Below are positions 49,551-61,099 of a stretch of 64,000 nucleotides of DNA, piece after piece. The translations under genes and the position numbers were made by a program. Below the pieces are notes generated by a model. That model ran no database searches, was not told where the DNA came from, and saw nothing but the letters and a program-made list of their open reading frames with translations. The stretch is from Raillietiella orientalis. Lineage: Eukaryota. The DNA is taken from assembly GCA_036172245.1 (NCBI GenBank), contig JAYWIR010000025.1, forward strand, positions 2,480,001 to 2,544,000, read 5' to 3'. Numbering within the stretch: the first letter of the stretch is position 1; the number at the start of each line of letters is the position of its first letter.

Positions 49551-51414
49551 TTAGTATAAAGCTTTTTTACTGTTAGTGGTATTTGAAAATGAAGATGGGA
49601 TGCAGGCACATTCACATGTAGTTATTGTGTTGTAATTAGTACGCCAATGGGAAGTCTTGAATCTTGAAGTTTCTGCTATTCCTGCTATTCCATAGGCTTC
49701 CATGTATACCATAACTTGAGAAGGAAATGCAGCCAATACATGCTTTGCCAATTCATCCTAGTTAGCCACATTTTGTTTGATGAAGTTATGCATTGCCTAG
49801 GAAAATGTAAAACAATCACAGAACCAGAGATACTTACAAATTGCGTTATACCTCTCGAACTGAATGCTTTAAATGGATCATCTGCATCCAGTTCCACCAT
49901 AACAGAAAAATCTTCCTCACCTACACCTATAACAATCAAGGAAATGGGTAGAGTGGAAGCTTCCACCAATTTAGCCTTAGTTGCAAGCAAACCTATGGAA
50001 ACTCATCAATATTTACAGCTTTCCTAGCTAACCTGAAATAACACCGTCAGTTAAGATAAGTAGAAGAAAATAATGCAGTCCTCCTGCATAGCTACAAGTA
50101 AAGGTAATCACGTGATCCACAGAGCAGAGCCATCTGGTAATAGTCTAGCTCCAAGCCAAAGGCAGAAAACAAACGATTTGCTGCAAAAGTAAAACCTCTT
50201 CTAAATCTCAATCATAGTCTTCAAGAATACTGCCTATAGCTCAAATGGCTGAAGAATAAGCCTTCTATGGAACTATGGTACTGCAATGATCCAGGATCAC
50301 TTGGATTCCCATTAGATTCTGCAAAATCCACTGCCACAATATGAATTTGTAAACCTTGGTGAAACAAATCTACGAAGGTTGTGTGTCGCTCTACTTGTAT
50401 CTTAGCCAAAAAAATGCCTCCAGAATACTTATATTTCTTGTTCTTGACCCTTTGAGGATGAACAGAATCTTAAATGGTTTTGGGACCAGGACTGAAAATA
50501 AAGCAGTCAACATGTGCATGAAACATGCCAATTAATCATGATTGCCACCAGAATCACAATCAAAACATTCAATCAAGAAATGTTGCTTATAATCTCCATT
50601 GCATAATATGTGGGCAGGTATTGTGAAGGCTTTCCAAGTTGGGGAAAGGGTGTTAGGAACAACTTCAGTGTATAAACAGTCACAAAAGTGTCATATGTAA
50701 CTGGTTTACTGAGTACAAGAAATTGATAAATTTTTTTTAAGCGATTTTTTTCTCAAGATCGAATGCAGCAAATTGCAATGTGATACTGGACAACCAGAAA
50801 CTTCCTCAGCCTGAACAGGGATTTGGCGGATTCTGGTTAGTTCCAATTGGAAAACTGATCTAAATAGATGAAATGAAAAGACGTTTTTCATGTTACTTTG
50901 TTTGAAAAAGTTTACCTGACACCCTTTTGATAACAGAATCCCCAGGGACACTTCTGCTTGCCCTATTAAATCTTGTTCTAACACTACAGTTGCAGGGCCA
51001 ATAGCATAAATGGCAATTTGAAGCACCTAGAAAGGATTACTATTAAGTTTTCTTATAAATGGAAACATGTTCACTGCAAACATGCTTCAAATTTTTTACT
51101 ACTGAATGCTGTACAGTGAATCTCAAATAAAGTGCCGACGTAATTTCCAAGAACTTGTTTAGCATGATAACTGCCGATAAACGGTTTACCTCTTTTTCTT
51201 CAAAGCAACATGGAATAATACATTTCCAGCAGAAATTCGGCGAGGCAGGATTGCTAATTACTCTTGTTCGTCCTTCTTCCTTATATTCTTTGTTTCCACT
51301 TAGGTGAACAGCGGCAAATGGATCATACGATGAATCAATACCCCTCTTTGGAAGATTGCTGCAATTTATACATTTTAAGGGTGATCTCTTTAGGTTCGGT
51401 CCCTTTTCTATCAT
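49551..51414 (-). pseudogene. CPNE: copine (C2A-C2B-vWA) unprocessed pseudogene
   Basis: Copine motifs in order: NCSNL..YDPF..EGRTRVISN..PNF..FEEKE; QDLIG; TEVVPNTLSPTWKAF..LCNGD..IECFD; KKYKYSG; VAVDFAESNGNP..SL; ILEDYD; LLILTDGVI; ASTLPISLIVIGVGEEDF..LDAD..QFV; LAKHVLA..PSQ..YM. GT-AG introns at 51027-51189 and 50860-50915. Multiple frameshifts and stops, plus an apparent vWA deletion. Confidence 0.9.
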
Positions 51415-52549
51415 TATTTTCCCGTATAAATTTTATAACTTCAAAGTTGCATTATTCGAAGGATCTAAAATCTAATCCCGCTTTCTGTAGCTGCGAAACC
51501 GGGGTTGTAATTTAATTTCCCAATTAGTGACGGTTGAGGCTAGTAGCCCCGGTTGAAACCTCTTGGCATGGGCAAAACCTTGTTCCAGCTTGCAGGCCAT
51601 CATAACACTCAGACACTGATGGATGCAGAGGTGATGAAACCACTAACGCGGAACGAAATGTTATCAAAAGCAGTCCTTTCGATTGAACGTGAGTGGCAAA
51701 CACTCCGTTTTTAGATCAAGATCCTTGAATCCGAAATTCATTGGAAATAAGTGTGCATATATGTAATCTTCTCTAGTGCATACATTTCTCTCCCCCCCCC
51801 CTTCCCCCATTGTCCAGAGGACAAGATGCACTTCTATGTATCGTTCCTTTGTTCCAAAGAATAGCCTGTTGCCGCATGAGGTGGCTTTTGCAGGGGATTC
51901 GATTACTACTCAAAACAACTGAATAAAAGCTTTCTTTGGATGATACGAAGCTTCTTTGGATCTCCAAGAATACAATGATGAAGGACGAATGCCTCTCAAG
52001 TGGATCATGTGTGACTGAGTATTTGTGGGAATTCCACTTCCAACCATTCCACGTAGGGATTTTCCCATTCAGATGCTCACTATTCTATGAGATGCCCTAT
52101 AAAGTAGCAATCTTTCAAAACAATCTTCTGGTTTTATCGTAACCCTTTTCCGTCCTTTTAACTATCTGCTATTGCATGAATTCCGTTATCCATGCAATCG
52201 TGCAATTTCGTGAATAGGCCTTGTGAGAAGCATCAAATCTCCCAAGCAATAATCATTCGCGTCTATTAGTCTGCAGGAAAATGGGATAGTAAACTGCTTT
52301 TGAAATTACAAGATGCAATTCATTATGTCATTGGTATTGAAAAAAATAAATTTTCCGCAATTCGACTTTGAAGGTGTAAACAAAGAAGAGGGTTTTTGCT
52401 CCCCCCCCCCCCGCCTCAAGCCATCTTTGGTATTACAGAAATGCCCGAATTTTTTCTCGACCATCAAGCTTGAAATCATGCAAAGAAAGGATACCTATAT
52501 TCGTTTTGATTTAAATTTTCCCTGATTAAGCATACAGAAATTAACACAT

Positions 52550-54900
52550 GGTATGGTGTGTGGAAACTTTCTACCACGATCAGATTTGCAAAACCGAACG
52601 AGGAGCAGTGTACTCTGCAATGTTTTTTCTTATCAAATTAGGCAAAGATGGCATGAGTGTAGAAAATAGAACGAAAAAGTCCAAATCGGACGATTTCCAC
52701 GTAAATGGAATCGAGTGTTTTGCGCTGTCAGGCTTGAAGGTCACTTTGGATGTATGCTGCACTCAAGAACCAATGTATGTACAAAAGATGCAACATGGCA
52801 CATGGAAAATTAGTGAAAAAAAACAAAACATTGTGCAGATGATACAGGTGCAATACTATGTACAATGTCAGTGACATTTCTCTAATGTGTATACTGAAAG
52901 CTTGTTAATAATGCAAACTGAATTTGCAATTTTTAAGATTTTGGTGAATAACGCATTTTTTCTTTCCTCCAGACAACTTTGGAGATAGTTGACCATTTTT
53001 GATAGGTTACTCTCTTGAAAATACATACCGATTTGTGGATATTGGAATTTTAATGTTTTCACAACGTTTTCAAATTCATTGCTGGCACATTGAGAGAGAC
53101 TCACTCTACGAATGCAGCGAACGTCCGTGCAGTCGACGAGAATTTTTGACTGCCAAGACCGAGCCCCCAGCAAACTAAGATGCTGGCTATAAGGATAAAT
53201 CGAAAAGCTCGTAGCAACAGCAGGAGTCCCACATAGTACCAGAATACGCTAACAAGAGAACCCTGTACAAATAGTATGGCTAGATGGACTTCTTTGGCAT
53301 ATATGTTCTTCTAATGTCAGCGCTGTGATATTACACGCTTGCCACATTGCATGCCTTTCCTGCCGATGTTTTATGAAAGAATGTAAACATTTGCAGTTGA
53401 GATTGATGTGAAAGAAAGGTCGAAAAGAACAAATATGGCAGTGAGAGGAAAAACTGCAAACCAATGACAAAGGTCAAACTCACTAAATTGTTCGATTCCC
53501 CACCCTTGGTATGTCTAAAGGAAATGCCTAATTCTTCATTTATTGTCATAGTATTGCGTAAATTCGAAGAGGCCGCTACTTTTGACTGCTACGACCAATG
53601 AAAATTAGAATAGATCTCCGTTTATCATAGGGGCAAGGAATTGCATCCACCGAACCAAAGATCAAAGATCCACCCTATTCCTTGAGTACAGTGTAGTTTG
53701 ATATGCTTCTCCATGGGTGGTACGCATTTTCTTGGAAGCACTTGCACATTTTCTAAACCAATGAAGTGTATCCACTCTCAAAACCAAATATGATTGTCTA
53801 TTCTGATTCTGTGTTTCAGCTATCAACATGCAGGCCCCAATGATGCTGAAGAAGCTTGTAGAATACACTAAGAATTCCCAAGCCGATTTCTGATCAGCGG
53901 GGCAAGGACTGCACTCTTCAGCAGATCTGGCAGAATCTATATCCAAGATCTCGTGCTCGAAACGACAGTTTCCTTTGATCTGAAATGTTGCTGAAACTTC
54001 TTTCTATGCTTATTTACTGAACTGGGGAAAAAAAACTGATAGTGATCCATTTCCATGTTCACATTCCTCCTGAAGAAGGAACTGTGCTCTAATAAGAAAG
54101 ATCACAGAGATATCGGATCAGAAGGTAAAGGACCGAGGTTCTTGTATAACTTTTCTATCCATGTGTGTTCAGTGAGTGGCCAGACGTTCCACATTTTGTC
54201 AAAGAATTCAGTGCATGATTCGATCGATGAAAACACAACCAAAGGATAATGTGTCAGTTGATAAAAAAAAAAAACTAACTCTAATCGTTGCAAAGACACC
54301 TTAAAGTACTTTCATTAATTACTAGTGCTTAAACTGAACGTGTATGATCTTGTGTTACTCGTTCATTATCAAGAAAAAATGAGTTGGAAGATTGATTGCT
54401 TCATTCATCTCCTGGTGTTGTGTTTAAGTAAACCCAGGGGCTCATACCTGCTGGCTTACGTCCATCTGTTACGAGAAGTAATAAGATGGTACGCAGTCAG
54501 TAATCCTCCCATCCAAATGTGTGCAGTCTCTGGAGCCATATATGCTGAGGTATGCTGAGCTTCGTAGGAGTTGTAAAGAGCTAACATAGTTTGGCACGTT
54601 TGGTTCAGCCCTACTTGTAATGTGCTAATATATTGAATACTATTAGTGCTAACAAGGTACAATAAGACACACAAACACAAAATGCAATGGTATCTTCAGA
54701 ATGGCTTTCTTTATCGATCTCTTTCCAAACGGCGATGAATGCCGGACTCGATCAGGCATTCATCGCCTTTTGGAAGTCTTCTGGGATCTTCAGGGTGTAA
54801 TAGATCTATGAAGAAATCTTCTCTTAGCCTCAGATGCCTATTTGTTTCTTCAGGAAGCTCTTCAAGAGGCTGCTCACTTCCTCCTTTTCTCATTTTTGTT
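52550..54900 (-). mobile_element. possible decayed MULE-like transposase
   Basis: In order: VGLNQT (DxT-like), EFFDKMW...W, frameshifted N..IERSFS (NxxE-like), NCKC...RHA (SWIM-like). Very degenerate. Confidence 0.2.
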
Positions 54901-55099
54901 CTTATTTCATCAAGATACTGAAGATAAAGAAAGAGATTTTCAATCTTTCATCGGATTGTAAAGAGCAATCCTCTGCCTTCTCCACGTACAATCAAAAGTT
55001 CCGGTGGTTTCTTGTGCTCGGCTTGTCACTGTCTTTACCACTTCCCTTTCTCGAGCCACTTTTCGGAAAGTGAACAAGTATTAGTCATTTTCAGATTCT

Positions 55100-56930
55100 C
55101 CACATGTCTGGCCAGAATCCACCTTCAGGATTACCTATCCACCACCTAAATGAAGAGATAGTCTGGTATCTCTGGAGGCAGGTCAGAACTCCACAGCGAT
55201 GTTCCAGCTGTCGAAGAACGGAAGCTGTGGCACATGAAGATCATTCTGACTTTTTCTAGGGCATCCTGCACAACATTAAATTTTTCAGTAACAAGTTCTT
55301 TATTTTCCTCTTTGATATGGAATTACTTAGTTATTGTGGCTTTTTACAGTTAGCGCGTCTTGATGGCCTTCCATCTTGATTTCACATGTGTGAGTACACT
55401 TTGTGGATGTCACTCCTGAAGTCGAACTGTTCAGGCCTGTGGAATGACCCTGTATGGTTAGAGCAGGACTTGCATCGGGCAGGGACAGGGAAGGAAGGTG
55501 GGAGTGTGCTCTCACCGGTTTTGGGTTAGTCTGCTCACAAGGCATACGAAGCTTCCCTCGTACTCTACTGTCCAGATGGGTTCGTTCCATCTCCCTTAGC
55601 ATTTAAGCGATGAAGATTGCAAATGGCTCTCTGGCACGTCAGTCTCCGTTCTGGCAGCTGCTGTTGCTCATACGTGACACAGTATCGTCAGCAACGAGGA
55701 GACCGGCAATTCTGGAGAGGTGAATAGTCGTCTAAGCAGGTCTTCCGAGGCGGCATCGTGGAACTGAAGTGCTTCGGAGATGCGCTCCCATCCCCGACGC
55801 CGTCATTGCAGACACTCTCCCCCAGAATGCAGAATAGTGCCTGCACTGCTCCGCAGTGGGGCATTCCCTGAGCAATCTCCCCGTTGAGTCATGTTGCCTT
55901 TCCTCATTTCGGAGAGTGTTGTACCAGCAAGATGGCAGTCTGCTAGTATCGAAGAGGGAGGATGGACGCGCAGACCAGAAAACATGGGCTCTCATGGTTC
56001 TCCAGGGGAATCCCTAGAGATTCCATCCATCCCTGAATTGGAACTTCTGGAGTGGTCTCGTAAGCAGGAAGCAGGTTTTCCACTGGCTAGCGGGCTTGAT
56101 GACCCCGAAAATACAACTGTCACCTCCTACGCTACAAGAAGATCGTATTTCGGCTGATAGCAATGATGAATTAATGAACGCACGGCGTCTTCAATGTTAA
56201 ACACTGAAATCTGGGGAGTAGTCTGGCATTTTGTCTAGTTTTGCCAGTATCCCTGCAAAAGGAAGTTTCCCCAGACGATTGATGACACTGCTGTTCGGGA
56301 GGGTTGGACTTTGCAACTGCATTTATGTTTCCGGTAATCACCTTTGCCAGACACTCCTGTTCAGTGGGCAGCAGGATATCCAGTCACGTGCTTCCATCAA
56401 CGACGCAAACGGACGAAGTGGATGACCCAGTCCTTGCTCTTACCTGTAGTTTTTTACATTCTTTGGGAGAAAGCTCAAGGGAAGACACCACTGAGTGCTC
56501 CACAGTCTCGTCATGGGGACCAACCTCCTGAACGGCGTCCGCACCTGCATCCGTTCGGTGGAGAATGCAGGTCCTCTCCTCTTGGAGAGGGGGGAGTGAC
56601 CTTGGAGAGTACAGGTGAAAACGCATCCTGTCCGCAGATCTCACACATGGAGATAGAAGTCGAGACTTGGTGAGATATGGAAACACAGAAGCCACCGTGC
56701 GAGGGTGCCAGCGAAGCAGCATCTGGGTTGAGGAAACAGAGAGTACTCACCCTCAGGAGATGGAGGGACGGAGGTCTCGCGCACGCCCTCACTGGAGGAA
56801 GAGATGGATCATGTGAAAATTGTCTAGCTTATGGATCATACCTTATGGATCATGTGAAAATTGTCTAGCGATAAAGAATTCAAGTCATCCAGATCATGAG
56901 ATATGAGCTGTTTTTCTAAAAAAAATGGTT
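55100..56930 (+). mobile_element. degenerate LINE RT/3' relic
   Basis: QGIRSFP (GIRQG.P-like, ~55540), IEEGGW (EGGLG-like, ~55950), PFGGE Cys-motif relic (~56550). Confidence 0.3.
56804..56869 (+). repeat. 25-bp perfect direct repeat with partial third copy in the spacer
   Basis: ATGGATCATGTGAAAATTGTCTAGC at 56804-56828 and 56845-56869, spacer TTATGGATCATACCTT. Confidence 0.9.
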
Positions 56931-56999
56931 GGCACAAGGCCAGAGCCAAACAGGTCAAGGGCATGTTGACGCCCTAGCACGGGACGTTAGACGGCCAGT

Positions 57000-58500
57000 C
57001 GATGGTAGCAGAAACCCAGCGGCACTGACGTGGATCATCGACCCCGCATTGCTTGCTGAAACTTCAGAGGGATTTAGATTACTTGACCTTGAAGTCAGTA
57101 GCACGGCGACGAAAAGAAGACACGCTGCGGAGGAAACCCCGAGTCAATTCACCTCGCACTCCTCCAAGAGATCCACGAGATTCCCTGGGAGGGGGCTGAG
57201 GACATCGAAGGCAGCGCTGCATGAGCGTTCACACAGGGTCGCCTTCCTGTTGAATCCGGACGTGCGGCCTGCATCGCGCGGCATTTGTCCCGCCGAGGCT
57301 CATCAAGTAGGTCGGCCTGTCCTCAGGTGGTCCGCCCCGATCGATCTCGTGGTGACGAACATCTGGTTGCGCCAAGCGGCACGCCGACCGGCAGACTTGG
57401 CGAGACTCCGGAGGCCAACCGCTTGGTTCCGACAGCCCCAGCCTCATCGCTCATTCGACATCGGGGCAGACCTTGACTTCCGCGCATGCTTTCAGACGAC
57501 AAACGGGAGGGGAGGCGAGCAACCCGCAATGGTCGATTCTTATCTCGGACTCGTGCAAGGAGATTGCTGACCCGCGAACTCGTTCCGGAGGATACGACCG
57601 ACAGCATTTCCCTCGTCTACCAGAGGCTGTTTGCGGAGCGCGGATCGAGGTGCCCGAAGGCAGAGGAACGGCGCACTGACTTGCGATCTCAAGGTCTGGA
57701 TTCCCTCGGAAGCCGGCAGCTCGACAGTTCTAGTTTGACATCTGCTGCACCTCCTATCCTCTTCCTCCGAAGAGGGCGTGGGAAGCGATTGTGCCTTTTT
57801 GCAGATGTGCGGATGTTCGAGACGCCTGGCCGGATACAAGACCAGGGTCGAACGACAGGTCTGGCTGTCCAGGTCAGCTTGTCTTCTGGATGGAGTTGGA
57901 GAAGCACGCAGCCCCACCTCGTGCACAGAGAGCGATTCGATGTCATGCCCCCCTCATCCTCCTCCCCTCTCCTCCTCCTCCTCCGTGCAGCTTTCCGCGG
58001 TGACAGCTGTTGGCCGGAGAGTGAGCTCTCTTCGAGAGGAAGAGAGAGCGAACACCTCGACGAGCCTCCTCCTTCGATGGCAGAGATCACCCCCACCATC
58101 GGTAAACTCCAAGAGATGCGACGCATCTCCAGAGAAGGTCCAGAGAGGTCTTCGGAGGCCACGGCCGGCTTTTCGGAAACCCACCGAGCTTCTTGGAGGC
58201 AGCCCCTCCTTCTGCTTAGCAGAAATGCCTAAGACCTCTTTGCTCTTGGTGTTCGCGAATGGATTGGGAAAGAGGATGCTGCACCTACTTGGTGAACCGC
58301 AAATCGATTTTCAGCACTTGAGAGCTCGGCTGAGAACTCGGGCAGGCACGGCGCTGCTAGAGAAGAGAAGCCTCTTGGCTTGAAAAGAGCAGCCATCTAT
58401 TTTGGAATATCTCATGGATTCTGGCACTTAGCTTCCCAAACCATGCCGAACTTCACAATGAAGTCAGTTCTAAGGGAAAAACTCAGGTCTTCTTACCCAG
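57000..58500 (+). mobile_element. degenerate RTE-like LINE (EN to pre-RT)
   Basis: SAPIDLVVTN (S.ID endonuclease motif) and LDEPPPSMAEITPTIGKL (PPT..EV..AI..L, typical of the RTE ORF). Confidence 0.4.
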
Positions 58501-58627
58501 GTCTTTAGCTCCGGGATTGCTGAATGCAGAATCCGAATTCGGATGCAGAAGCGGATCGAGGAGCTCAGATTGGAAAGCTGATTTGATTTTTGTTTATTTA
58601 TTTAAACAACAACCCCACATCCAGCTC

Positions 58628-59370
58628 TGGCGACCGTGTGGCTTCCCGTGGAGCCACCAGGAGTTGCAGGTTCGACTCCTACCCGGAGAAAAGATCGACA
58701 CCGAGAACAGGATGGGGCGTTGTGGGTTTCGAATCCTCCCCCCTCTTTCCGTGGGACGACGCTGGTTGGTCTGTAGGCTTCAGGTGCGGTGGCACTGGTG
58801 AATTCCCCGTCGACTGGCCAGGATCGGGAGTTGACCCTCCGGGGTCTTTCCAGGAATCAAGGGGTCGGTCCAATCGAGGTTGCTCTCCGGTTGTGACAAT
58901 GGAGCTGGTTGATACCCCCCTCGGTGGGATTGGGATTGCCTCTCCAGAGTGTCTGGAAGCTCTCTGTTCCCTTCGGGGAACCTCCCTTCAGAGAGAAATC
59001 GGAAAGCGTCCCTTAGGGGTTCTCTTCGGAGGAGGAGGATGCAAGGAGCGGTTCCCTTGCGGGTTCCCTCCGGAGAAGAAATTCCAGGAGTGGATCCCTT
59101 CCGGGGCCCCCTTCGGAGAGGAACGAGAAGCGACCCCACAAACTGGATGGTCTTTCAGGAGAGAACAAGGAAGTGGTTATTCCCTTTGGGGTTTCTCTCC
59201 CAAGAATAAGAACGGACTCCTTCCCTCCGGAGCCTTCCTGGACTCATAGGGTGGTCCCCGTCCGGGATGACCCCTAACTTGGCGAGTTGACACACCACCT
59301 CTGGTAGCGCAAACAGAGTTAAAGGGCTTTGTGAATCCTCAGCCGAACGGTTCTGAGTACTTAGCAAGCC
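58628..59370 (+). mobile_element. tRNA-headed SINE-like structured repeat, copy 6
   Basis: A-box-like TGGCGACCGTGTGG, T-arm GCAGG-TTCGACT-CCTAC, ~10 hairpin units. Near-identical to copies 2 and 7. Confidence 0.9.
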
Positions 59371-61099
59371 CCCCCCCCCCCCCGAAAAGAAAACCCCTCA
59401 TCTTGGCCAGGAAGATGTGCTCATATCTTGAAGATATGAAAATCCAGAGATCGCGAGCCGAGAAAGAAAACAGTCTCCCCGCCGAGTGTACAGATCCTTC
59501 CCGTGTGTTTCTTATTTAGAGGACCGATCGAAATTCAAGTTCGATCTACTTCCTGAGCCTCGAGGGAAGCCTGGAGAAAGCGTTCGCCATTTGCTTCCCG
59601 CGTATGTCTTGCGTGGAAACGCCCAATAGCGTGAAGCACATCTTGAACCCGATGGAACAAGCATTTGGAATTGTCAACACCTTAGCAACTGGACATATTC
59701 CAGCCAGATTGGTCCGACCGTGTCCTTGAAATGCACGCACGCGGAACCGCGTTAAGCCCGCTTTTTTGCTTCATTCCCATGAGTGGACTTTCTGCTTCCT
59801 TTCTTCCCAACCATAACTTTCATCAAGGGAAGACACCTACACGCAGATGACATGGCGAATAAAGCAATCTGATTTCCCAAGACTGCGGTGCCCCCTGCCA
59901 ATTCTCTGAACCTGCGCGCACGATGACACCTCAAAAACAAGTGAGCCACCCAACGTCTCGAACGTGCATGGTGCCTTGCCTTCTTCTATCTGCAGCGTGT
60001 TCATGCGCGCTCAACAAGAGTCTCGAAGATTCCCAAGCTATCCCTATCCAGGAGTGAGTTCAGTGAAGAACAAAGAGAATGTTCTGAGAAGGACTTTGAG
60101 ATAAGTACGGTGTGTGTGTGCACTGCATTGGCTAGGTTGGTCGCCGGCTCATCTGAGCTCGCTGCCCAGTGGACGGTGCGCGCTTCCGGTGCTTCCTCGC
60201 AGCTCGAGGGGACGCCAAGAGTTCATGGACTGGGCCGGCGGGCCGTCAATACGTTCTTGCGCTGCCGCTGGTCGAGCCTGAAATCGCTCCCTACTTTCCC
60301 ATCCTTCCTTTCCAGCCAGCACTACATACTAGCGTGGCCTGATCAGTCCCAGACATGCAGCCTGGTCCCATTCCTCTTCTTCCCCTTGGCCAGGATCAGG
60401 CTCCACACACCTGAACCTGGCCCGCTGCCTACTCTTCCGGACGGATTCGTCCTTCGGCCTCAGGAAAGGGTAGCCGATCGGTCCATACGCCCGTCCGGCG
60501 GTCCGAACGACAAGCGGACGCGAACGCAGGCATTCTTTCAAGAAAGAGCATTCACCAGCAAAAGGACTCCCGTCCCCGACTCAAGAAACACACAAAAAAA
60601 AAATCAACCCAACAACATAAGAAGTCTGAACCCCTGTTTTGAAGATGCATGCCTGCAGCAAACACGACCCACGCAGAAACGGCTTCTTGCAAGTGAACTG
60701 CAGGTGGCAGTCAGCTGCGCGACTCTCCTTCCGGGCAAATGCGCGGCTCTTCTCCGTGATTTTACCAGTGGGGGCCTCCTTCAAGACCTTCGTGGAAAAA
60801 AGGATCTGAAAAAATTCCAAGGTGTATTCGTCCTCGTTTCGTTATGTCAGGGAGTGCAGCCGATGACAGGGAGATGCCTCATCATGCCCGGTCATCCCCC
60901 TCAATTCCAGGAGACAGTGAAGCACGGAAGGATACATTGTTTTGCATCCTCCCTGAAGAGTTCTCGGATAGAAAGAACGGCCTCGGCAGGAGCAATGAGG
61001 GTTACGATTCCCGAAACTCGGTGGCCAATAAAAGGTAGAGCACATAGGGAAGATGGCACACTCCAGGAGCGAGACACCTTCCAGGGACACATCTGTAGT

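Noticed and set aside
49551..51414. Programmed frameshifting or an alternative genetic code explaining the broken copine
   Set aside because: Lesions are heterogeneous (indels, stops, a deletion, degraded conserved residues) with no recurring slippery motif. Ordinary decay is simpler.
58823..59275. CRISPR or TIGR-like array interpretation of the ~40-nt units
   Set aside because: Repeats are not identical, spacers are not unique, no associated cas/effector gene is present, and the context is eukaryotic.
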